This document shows, one piece after another, positions 11,233 to 20,964 of a stretch of 64,000 nucleotides of DNA. The position numbers were made by a program, and so were the translations under genes. Location of the stretch: contig NC_047083.1 in the NCBI RefSeq assembly GCF_902459465.1, positions 992,001 through 1,056,000 on the forward strand, given 5' to 3'. The DNA is from Asterias rubens. Its lineage: Eukaryota. How positions within the stretch are numbered: position 1 is the stretch's first letter; each line of letters opens with the position of its first letter. Below the pieces are notes generated by a model. It was not told the DNA's origin. It made no database searches and worked only from the letters and a program-made list of their open reading frames with translations.

Positions 11233-12666
11233 ATGAACAATAATGAAAGGATGGACAAGTTAGAAAGTGACATCCTGCTAGAAAGCGAATCAAGGCGTTG
11301 TCTGGTTGTGAACTTGGGAACCAAATTGAACGTTTCTGACCTTTGCAAAAAAGAGGAGAAAATGAATAATTTGCCTGGAGAGAAACCATTTGTTTGTCGT
11401 TTTTGTGGAAAAACCTTTTCACTCAAAGCTGTCCTGATAAACCATCATCGTATCCACACTGGAGAAAAATCGTTTGTTTGTGATGAATGTGGAAAAGCTT
11501 TCTTACGAAAAGGTAACCTGACAGTCCATCAGCGTATCCACACTGGAGAGAGACCATTTGTTTGTGATGTATGTGGTAAAGCTTTTTCAAATAAGAACAG
11601 CCTGGCACGTCATCAGGGTATCCACATTGGAGAAACAAAAATTGTTTGTGAACTTTGTGGTAAAGCCTTCTCAAAGAAAAACTACTTGACACAGCATCAG
11701 AAAGTCCATAGTCAGGGTAGAAAAAAAGCATTGAACTGTAGCTTTTGTGAAAAAGCTTTTTCAGCTAAATCGGATCTGAGGCGCCATCAGCTGGTCCACA
11801 CTGGAGAGACCAAAGAAGATCAGACAAACAATCATCAGGATGTCGAAACTGGAGCGAAACCACCTGTTTGTGATGTTTGTGGAAAAGCCTATTCAAGTAA
11901 ACGTGTCCTGAGACGCCATCAGCGTATTCACACTGCAGAGAAACCATTTGTTTGTGATATTTGTGGAAAAGCCTTCACACGAAAAGATGATCTGACAGTC
12001 CATCAGGGTACCCACACTGGGCTGAGACCCTTTGCTTGTGATATTTGTGGAAAAGCTTTCCTCCTTAAGTACAAGCTGGCACGCCATCAGCATATCCACA
12101 CTGGAGAAAAACCATTTGTTTGTGAACATTGTGGTACACACTTCTCGGCCAAAAGTAGCTTGAAAAGCCATCAGCGTATCCACACTGGAGAAAAACCATT
12201 TGTTTGTGACCTTTGTGGAAAACCTTTTTCAATGAAAAGTGACTTAACACGGCATCAGCAAGTCCACAGTCATAGAGAAAAACCCAAACCATTTAACTGT
12301 AGCTTTTGCGAAAAAACTTTTTCAGCTAAATCAGATCTGAAACGCCATCAGCGTTCCCACACTGGAGAGAAACCATTTAAATGTGACATCTGTGGAAAAT
12401 CATTCTCCGTTCATCCTAACTTGGTACGCCATCAGCGTTTCCACACGGGGGAGAAACCATTTCTTTGCGATGTTTGTGGAAAACACTACTCACGAAAAAG
12501 TAACCTGATTGGCCATAAGCTGGTCCACACTGGAGAGAAGCCATTTGTGTGCGATATTTGTGGAAAATTCTTTGCAAAAAAAAGTAACATGACGAGCCAT
12601 CAGCGTATCCACACTTCAGAGAAAACATTGCTTTTTGTGATTGGAGAAGAGCCTCCGCCTTTATAA
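11233..12666 (+). CDS. ZNF-3: C2H2 zinc-finger protein, 14 fingers, with N-terminal 34-aa module shared with ZNF-4
   Basis: Acceptor ttgtacAG at 11167-11168; first in-frame ATG at 11233. One finger core is deleted (TGETKEDQTNNHQDVETGAK). Non-coding exon 1 has donor GTAAGT at 9649. Confidence 0.92.
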   Translation: MNNNERMDKLESDILLESESRRCLVVNLGTKLNVSDLCKKEEKMNNLPGEKPFVCRFCGKTFSLKAVLINHHRIHTGEKSFVCDECGKAFLRKGNLTVHQRIHTGERPFVCDVCGKAFSNKNSLARHQGIHIGETKIVCELCGKAFSKKNYLTQHQKVHSQGRKKALNCSFCEKAFSAKSDLRRHQLVHTGETKEDQTNNHQDVETGAKPPVCDVCGKAYSSKRVLRRHQRIHTAEKPFVCDICGKAFTRKDDLTVHQGTHTGLRPFACDICGKAFLLKYKLARHQHIHTGEKPFVCEHCGTHFSAKSSLKSHQRIHTGEKPFVCDLCGKPFSMKSDLTRHQQVHSHREKPKPFNCSFCEKTFSAKSDLKRHQRSHTGEKPFKCDICGKSFSVHPNLVRHQRFHTGEKPFLCDVCGKHYSRKSNLIGHKLVHTGEKPFVCDICGKFFAKKSNMTSHQRIHTSEKTLLFVIGEEPPPL

Positions 12667-13356
12667 ATAAACTAGACCTCTCTTCTACATGGTTTATTTT
12701 CAGATTGTGACGTAATCTACGTTTCAAAAGGTCATAACTTTTGAACCAATAAATAAATCTTGTTGTATGCTCTTTTTCAGCTAGGTATAAAACCCACCAA
12801 GTGTTAGAAATGGCATCATTTCGACATTTTATACCTTAAATTTGTATCCAAGTTTAAGACTTTTTTGTAAGTGATGACTCTCACCCCTGCATATAAAAAC
12901 CCAAACTGAAGCCAAGACAAAATTACAGTTTATGAACAAACCATCATTTAGAGTAAGTAAATCATCATTAAGAGACAGTTAAAATTCTTGCATCAAACTT
13001 TTGGCTGCTTGTACATACATTGTAGTTCACAATTAATGCACTGAAATGTTTCAACTTTTAAATGATATTTAATTTATGTTCTCCATTTGCATGTAGTGTG
13101 TAAGATTTGTAAAAACCAATGTTTGTATTTTGGACACACGAGGGCTCTTTGTATTTTCAAAAGCAAACTACTGGAGTGCTTCTGAATATTTGTAGCTAGA
13201 GCTGCATTATGGCTCTGGCTAGATGACATGGCATTCTGCAGTAATGTGAATTCTTATAACAACAGTCAAAGCCACTCTGGTAGCTACCAATAAGCCATTT
13301 TTGCATGTTACATATTTTAAAATGTTTGTTACAATGAATGTTTGGTTACAACAAAT

Positions 13357-13565
13357 TTGAATTCCTCAGACTATCGAGATACATGTTGCATGATTAGGCG
13401 CAAGCTTTTGCTTAGTTGCGTAAGAGACCGTGAACACCTATGGATGATTCTGAATTGATGCGTATGGCACAGCGGTACCATGGTCTGCTTATCTGGAGGT
13501 TGCTATACAAAGCTTGCCCCAAAACATTTGACATAGCAAATGTCTCTATAGTCTGAGGAACTCAA
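13357..13565. mobile_element. MITE with TTGAATTCCTCAGACTAT-type TIR
   Basis: Terminal inverted repeats of about 22 bp (TTGAATTCCTCAGACTATCGAGA / TCTCTATAGTCTGAGGAACTCAA). Confidence 0.6.
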
Positions 13566-14261
13566 GATGTAAGATATACATTGTGTTTAAACAAGTCATT
13601 CAAGATTAACGTGCAAATGGCTCATTCAGATACTACCGGGTGCGTACATGTAACGCTCTTGTATCAATGATAAAAAGTTGTTCTAATAATAATAGTGAAA
13701 AAACATTATTTGTTATAAAATGAAGTTATTTTGGATGAGTTGATAAATAATGAGTCGGAAATAAAACCAATGGGAATCAACAGAAAAAACTTTTGTTTGG
13801 ATGTTGCTTGGTTGGATTCTGAAAGCATGGACTAGTCTGGTCTCTAGTTGTGTTTTGAAAACCAGTATTCATCATTGATGTACCAAACGGGGAACATGAT
13901 TCTTACAGAGCATATAAACATGAACTTTTTCTGAAAAGTGAAGCCTGGTTTATACATCCTGCAAACGCGAAGCAAATGTTGGATGTCACTAACTCGCAAT
14001 TAGTCATATTTTGCTAGATTGAGTGTTGCTCAACTCTCTTGGGAATTCGCATCGAAAACAGAGTTTTGACGTCACTTTCACGTCAAATTTGATGCGCATC
14101 TGTATTTGCGTGAAGTTAAAAACCGGGCTTAGCGTTGTCAGATGCTTCTCTTAAACTTTGGTTGGATGGGGAGAAGGAGTCGAGTCATGCATCCCCTGGT
14201 AATTGAAAAACATAGGCCGTAGCAATGTTTTTCTTTCTTTTATAGCGTCCAGGTTTATGGG

Positions 14262-14600
14262 TCCAGCCGTCAATTTCACCAAACTCTTCCTAACTTAGGA
14301 TTAATCTTAGGACTTAGGACGGGTTCAGTTCCGTATCCAAATACGTAGGACGCATTGAACTCATCCCAAGTTAGGACGGGTTACTCGTCCTAACTAGAAT
14401 TAGGATTGATCCTAGCGTTTCGTGAAATCGGCTGCAGGGGTGGATTTCACAAAGAGTTAGGACTAGTCTTATCTTGAGTTGGGACCAATTACTTGTCCTA
14501 ACTTAGGACTATCCATGCAATTTGTATATCTCCTAGGACTAGTCTTAAGTTATGACTAGTCTAAGTTTGGACTAGTCCAAACTCTTTGTGAAATCCACCC
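14262..14600. mobile_element. Adjacent MITEs P2 (about 14262-14434) and P1 (14438-14600)
   Basis: P1 has TIR GGGTGGATTTCAC/GTGAAATCCACCC with CAG on both sides. P2 is an inverted copy of 1466-1638. Confidence 0.78.
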
Positions 14601-15050
14601 CAGGCACTAGGAGGGATCACAGAAAAGTTCCTGTATCCTGTCTTGACTTTTTTCATTTGTTTTGAAATGAAAAAAGTGTTTAATTGATATTAATTTTTAT
14701 AACAATTTTGTGAAAATGGTGGCTGGATACTGGCTGGAATGTTTCCCGGGATCAAACCATAGAGCAAGAACCAAACAAACCCCATAATTAAACCAAACAA
14801 CTTTGTCAAAAAAACTGTCCCTTGGGCTTATTTAAGCTGGGGCAATTATTTTCTAAACATGTCCTGACACGCCCCCTCCACCGATCCTAAAACCTCTCTC
14901 ATCTACCGTGCAACCAACCTCGTCACCATGGTTAACTTTATTTTTAACCATGCATGAAACAGATATTGCAGTACTGCTCGACCCTCCATGTGGACGAGGT
15001 TGCCGCACGCCATGTCGTCCGTGTCGTCACGTCAGCATATACCATATATA

Positions 15051-15173
15051 GAGGGCGCTGCAAATCAAGAAGCAAGATCTTGTTTCAGTGAGCTCAACTT
15101 ATAATATTAGCAGTCTCCTTTTCCCTTGAAAGACACAATTCGGGATACAGTGTATAAACATCTAAGGGTAAGT
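15051..15173 (+). promoter_or_regulatory. ZNF-4 promoter / non-coding exon 1 cassette
   Basis: GAGGGCGCTGC at 15051, AGCTCAA at 15091, donor GTAAGTTCAGTTTCTC at 15168. Confidence 0.6.
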
Positions 15174-16378
15174 TCAGTTTCTCAACAACTTGGTGCATAG
15201 CATAAAACCCTTTGAAAGTTTGATACTGTTGTCATCCTTTTATCCTATCTATCTAGTCCTAGCAAGGGAGGTAGAACTAAAGTTTCTAAAGAAAGGGATA
15301 ACTTTCCGTATGCCAATGGCGCCACCACTTTTTCACTCTTTTTTACAAAAAGGGATATCTCATTGAGGTAAATTAGATACTGGGTTTGTTCGTTCAGCTT
15401 CCCTGGGTCGACCCCGGTGTGTAGCGGTTTTTTTTTCTAGGACGAACGTGGGTTGTTAATATTATCTGCACACGTTCGTCCTGAAAAAAACCGCCACACA
15501 CCGGATTCGACCTGGGGAAGCTAAACGAACGCACCCTATATTATTTCATATCGGATGAAAAAGTGGTGGCGCCTTATGGAAACTTTTCAGAAAAGAGGAG
15601 GATGAGGGCCTTAAGCCCTTACCTAGGCCTATTTATAGACCCAGTAAAAGTGCAGTCACTGGGATGGGGCGCTGTACTCCTTTTTCAAAATTTTGACATT
15701 ATCTGTTGTATGACCGAAAATGTCAAAATTCAAAAAAAGGAGTACAGCGCCCCAGTAATACTGGGTGCCTGGGTCTAGCCTATTTACTATTTTCAAGATG
15801 GCTGCTTAGTATTTCAAATCAAACATGCCACCAGTCCAATTATTTAGTTTGAACCCATCGCAAACTTGTTTTATACCCGAGGAGCTGTGTTAACACTAAA
15901 AACCTGACTACACCAGGGTCGGATTACACTAAAAAAGATTTGCTGGTCATGCTGGTAGGCATTCACTACTTCTAGAAACTATAAAGGCTCCTCACGGGGA
16001 GCCTTGATATTTTCTAGAAGTAGGCGTTCACTAAATATTGTTTCATGAAACAGACGGTTACAAGTGTTTGAGAGCATTGCGTTAGATTTTCTTTTGTTTT
16101 ACAAAAAACGAAAGATAACACATAATAAAAAAAAAAGGATGCAGACAGGGAACGGGGACGATCAACTGTTTTTTATTTTATTTGGCTTAACCTGTAACTG
16201 TTATCTCTTCCTTGGTCCATCTTGCTCTAAGGTTATGGTCATTATTTAACCTGCAGGCGTGAATTGCCATGAAGCAATTTAAGTCTGTCAAAAGAAAAGG
16301 CTTTTGAACTTTTAAATCCCTTTGTCTACCCCTCTGCAGGTTAATGGTATAGTCCAGGTGTTGCTTGAGACAAACGTG

Positions 16379-17608
16379 ATGGAGAAGTTAGCAAGTGACA
16401 TCTTGCTAGAAAGCATTCAAAGGCGTTGTCTGTCCGTGAGCTTAGGAACAAAATTGACCGTGTCTGAACTTTGTAGAAAAATAAATCAGACAGACCAACA
16501 GCATGACCAAACTGGACCCTTTGTTGGTGATCTGTGTGGAAAAGCTTTCCCAACTGAGGCTAAGAGGACAGTCCATCAGCAAATCCACACTGGAGAGAAG
16601 CCATTTGTTTGTGATTTTTGTGGGAAATCCTTCTCACGCAATAGTAATCTAACACAACATCATCTGGTCCACACTAATAAGAAACCTTTTGTTTGTGACA
16701 TTTGTGGAAGATTCTTCTCACAAAAATGTAACCTGACCACCCATCAGCTGATTCACACTGGCGAGAAACCTTTTGTTTGTGACATTTGTGGAAAATCCTT
16801 CCCACAAAAAATTCGCCTGTCATACCATAAGCTAGTTCACACTGGAGAGAAATTTTTTTGCGATATTTGTGGAAAATCCTTCTTTAAAAAATGTAACCTG
16901 ACACGCCATCAGCTGGTCCACACTGGCGAGAACGAGAATCCTTTTGTTTGTGATGTTTGTGGAAAATCCTTCTCGCGTAAATGTTACCTGACCAGCCATC
17001 ACGTGGTCCACACTAGCGAGAAACCTTTTGTTTGCGTCATTTGTGGAAAATCCTTCTCACGAAAAAGTAACCTGACATACCATAAGCTGGTTCACACTGG
17101 AGAGAAGCCATTTGTGTGCGACATTTGTGGAAAATCCTTCGCACGAAAAAGTCACCTTACATGCCATAAGCTGCTGCACACTGGAGAGCAGCCATTTGTT
17201 TGCGATATTTGTGGACAATCTTTCTCACATGAAAGTAACCTGACATGCCATAAGCTGGTCCACACTGGAGAGAAGCCATTTTTTTGCGATAAATGTGGAA
17301 AATCCTTCTCACGACAAAGTAACATGACACGCCATAAGCTGGTTCACACTGGAGAGAAGCCATTTGTGTGCGACATTTGTGGAAAATCCTTCCCACGAAA
17401 AAGTCACCTGACATGCCATAAGCTGCTTCACTCTGGAGAGCAGCCATTTGTTTGCGATATTTGTGGAAAATCCTTCTCAATTAAACGTAACCTAACACGC
17501 CATCAGCTGGTCCATACAGGAGAGAAGCCATATGTTTGTGATATTTGTGGAAAATCCTTAGCAAATAAATATAATCTAACACGCCATCAGCTGGTCCACA
17601 CACATTGA
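16379..17608 (+). CDS. ZNF-4: C2H2 zinc-finger protein, 12 intact fingers plus 1 degenerate (C to G), with shared N-terminal module
   Basis: Acceptors ctgcAG at 16255-16256 and 16338-16339; first ATG at 16379. Exon 1 donor GTAAGT at 15168. Confidence 0.92.
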   Translation: MEKLASDILLESIQRRCLSVSLGTKLTVSELCRKINQTDQQHDQTGPFVGDLCGKAFPTEAKRTVHQQIHTGEKPFVCDFCGKSFSRNSNLTQHHLVHTNKKPFVCDICGRFFSQKCNLTTHQLIHTGEKPFVCDICGKSFPQKIRLSYHKLVHTGEKFFCDICGKSFFKKCNLTRHQLVHTGENENPFVCDVCGKSFSRKCYLTSHHVVHTSEKPFVCVICGKSFSRKSNLTYHKLVHTGEKPFVCDICGKSFARKSHLTCHKLLHTGEQPFVCDICGQSFSHESNLTCHKLVHTGEKPFFCDKCGKSFSRQSNMTRHKLVHTGEKPFVCDICGKSFPRKSHLTCHKLLHSGEQPFVCDICGKSFSIKRNLTRHQLVHTGEKPYVCDICGKSLANKYNLTRHQLVHTH

Positions 17609-18798
17609 GATATTTAAGCCATTCGTTTGTGACTTTTGTTGGAAAAGCCTTTACGAGTTGAGTAAAAGTTATTCGACAATCCATCAGCGTATCCACAGAT
17701 TGTGAACTATCTGATTGTGAGGTGTGAAGAGAATTCTTCTCATTTAGAAATCACATGATCACTTATAGCACGTCAGCACTTTAAAGAAAGAGTTTGAGTT
17801 TGCCAACACCATCACCAAGTCCACTCTCAGAAAAAATCATGTGGATATCGCTTGGTGGAAACGACTTGTCAAATGAAAATAACTTCTTTCATCAGCTTTC
17901 TGGTGTTTTGAAAACCAATATTTATCATTGATGTAGCACATGGGGGACATAAAGATCCACTAGTTATTAATTTAAAGCCTGCCTGAAAATCCGACGCCAC
18001 AATTCACGTATAACATTCCCCTATTACTCTCCCCCCCCCAACCCATCCAATCGCCCCCTACAACCCCCCCCCCCCCCCCCCCCCCCCGAACACACACACA
18101 CACCGAGCGTGCCGACCAGGTCCTAGTGGTTAGTCCACTCTTATGTAACAACTCCCCAAACCTTTCATCAGCATTTGAGAGAAACAATTTTGTATTGTTT
18201 TCTTTGTAAAAAAAACTTTATTAACAAATTGTAATTTCTACTGTGATGTCTTCGAGTCCCCATTTGAGAAAGCCATTTGTATTCAGCCCTTCACACCAAA
18301 GTCACACATGTTTTCAGCTGAGGTCTCAAAATCAATTCAATTATTTTTAGTGCGAAATTACTTTTCAAAAAAATACGTTACTTCAGAAGGAGCCGTTTCT
18401 CACAATGTTTTATACTATGAACAGCTCTCCATTGCTGGGAAGTGTTTATGCTAACAATTATTTTGTGTAGTTACCAACAGTGTCCACAACGCAAATAGAG
18501 TTAGTTAAAGGCACTATAGACTCCAGTGCCAACGTATTCCATTTGTGTTGTTTTGAACTTGTAAACTTTGTAAAAATAGTAAGATGATTAACTTTAAAGA
18601 GAAAGTATTTTGTTATAGATTGGAGAACATTTGATGATTTCACAAAATAAATAAACAATTGGGAATCAACCTTATACTTTTTTAAAAAGATTTTCATTGT
18701 GTTTATTTTTTCACCAAGCTTTAAATGAGGCTGTTGAAGTGGGGGTATTCTGGTCTTTATTATTTTGTGCTTTTAAAACGAGTATTTATCTTTGATGT

Positions 18799-19051
18799 CC
18801 CGCGGCCATTGGTGCGTCTTAAACCGGTTCAGTACAGACGCAGGGCCGTGCCGCAGCAGCCTACACAAATGGGGCTACCTTGCATCTCCACTTTGTGATT
18901 GTGGAGCACCACAGACGATGCGCCACATGATAGATGACTGCCCACTCTCTCACCTTGATGGTGGCATCAAAGCCCTTCACCTGGCTGAGGACTTGGCCGT
19001 AAACTGGCTTATGGACTTTAAAACGAGATCTACATAGCATACGGCATCATC
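18799..19051 (+). mobile_element. 5'-truncated non-LTR retrotransposon, probably Ingi/Vingi-like (I group)
   Basis: ORF2 C-terminus WCVLNRF...LHKWG...CDCGAPQTMRHMIDDCP (CCHC knuckle), short (CAT)n tail, 11-bp TSD ATCTTTGATGT at 18788-18798 and 19052-19062. Confidence 0.8.
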
Positions 19052-19532
19052 ATCTTTGATGTAGCACATGGGGGACATGATGAACTTGGAAGTTAAAAGT
19101 AAATTTTGTCATTGCCAGTCTTCATCGTGGGTTAAAGTTGCCAGCAATGATGAAAGGTCAGATGCCTGGATCTCTGGAAGGGTCTGGATATGATATGAAC
19201 GGTTACCCATTTAATTACTTTTGTTTATGATATGAAGGGTTACCCATTTAATTACTTTTGTTCAACCATGGGTTCAAGCTCCAAAAAATCGCTCTGCCCC
19301 AAAATTTGAAAACACAATAGCAGTCGACTTTTGATTGGAAATTATTCTCTAAATTCCTGTCAGAAACCAAGATTCACAAGGTATTAGTTATCCCCGTAAA
19401 CATATATGCTTCATATGCTGTGCGACCCCATATCCAATCCCCCCACCCCCCGCCACCCACATCCAACCCCCCTCCAAACCCGCGGCCCCTGCATGCTGCG
19501 CGCCGTTTGTTGTCAGGTTTACATAAACGCAT

Positions 19533-19659
19533 GAGGGCGCTGCAAAACCCCTAGAAGAAAAAAAACAATAGCTCAAATTTTTAGCAGAAGACGTCCTTAT
19601 TATTTGCACCACTTTGTGGTCGAGAAACTTGTTCCTTCAAGTCTACCAGAAAGGTAAGT
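19533..19659 (+). promoter_or_regulatory. ZNF-5 promoter / non-coding exon 1 cassette
   Basis: GAGGGCGCTGC at 19533, AGCTCAA at 19570, donor GTAAGTTCAGTTTCTC at 19654 (16 nt identical to the ZNF-4 donor region). Confidence 0.6.
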
Positions 19660-20964
19660 TCAGTTTCTCCACATTTATTTATAGTGCATAACTTTTCCAG
19701 TTTCCATTGGTTGCATGGCATTGGAAATGTTGGATTTGTTTCCTTATTTATTTTTTACCCAAGACCACGTTTACGGATTAGTCGTCAGATCATGGTCATG
19801 CAATCTATTTCTTCCTCCATTGGTACTAGGTAGATATTTCGGGTTTCTACCTCCATTTTTGGTTTAGTGAATTGTGAACTTTAGGTTACCTTCCATCATC
19901 ATCATGTCATTGTTGTTCGTGAACATCACAGCCATGCATGGTCCATGACTTTATTTGTGGGATCACTTTCTAGACCACTTCCAGTTGTAAAAAGGAGAAA
20001 AATCGACTAGCTGTTAAGAGTTGTCAATGAAATGTGGTGAAATGTCACTGAAAAATTTGTGAGTATTTTGTGCTCTCTTTTTTATCCATAACCTGATAAC
20101 TTAGAATAGTTACAAATAAACACCTTCTTAACTGAAGTTTCACAATGGGCCTTCCTAATGAATCTGTTTTTAAGAGTCTGTAGCGGTAAGCCTTATTTAA
20201 GTATCCAATGACTAATGAGAATGTGAAGCGAATGTTGACGTCACAAATAATTCGTCAAGGAATAATTTGCAGCAGTTGAGAGCTGTGCTCAACACTTTCG
20301 AATATTCGCAGCGAAAACAGAGTTGTTTCGTCAAATTCATGCTAAATTTTCTTAGCATTCTCATGAAGTATAACCTGGGCTTCACTCTGTTTGACTGTTG
20401 GTGTTAGAACTAGATAGAGTAAACTAGGTTTTTATACAGACGCTCAACTGTTTATAACTATTTCCCATCCATTTTATTTTACTTACACAGCTGGAAGTAA
20501 ACGACTCCACATTGAAGAAGAAAGTTTGTGCAAGAAAGTTTTGGTAACACTCCTTCTTTTTGCTTAATCTTTACAAATGTTGTGATAAAATTGAACTTAC
20601 TGACAGAAAATTTGAATCTAGAAGTTTTTGCACTGCAGGAAACGACTCGAGAAAAACTATTTTTTGTGCAATGTCAACCAACTCAGATTTATTTCCATTC
20701 GATCGAAAATTCGTGTCTGTGGCCTGCATGGAAATAAACTTTCAACTGGAAGAGTTTTTTGAAAGGAGTTGATCCTATTCCTTTCAGTGAAAATTGTTAA
20801 GAAGAAATCGAAAAACAACGCTGCCAATCTGCGTGAGAGATTTAGACATTATAAAATAAACCAAAATAGCATGAATGAGTCCACGTTTGTTTGTGACATC
20901 GGTATAGATCATAGATCACCCATAGCAAAGAAGTCTTAAGGAGCATCTTCACTCAGACGGCAAG

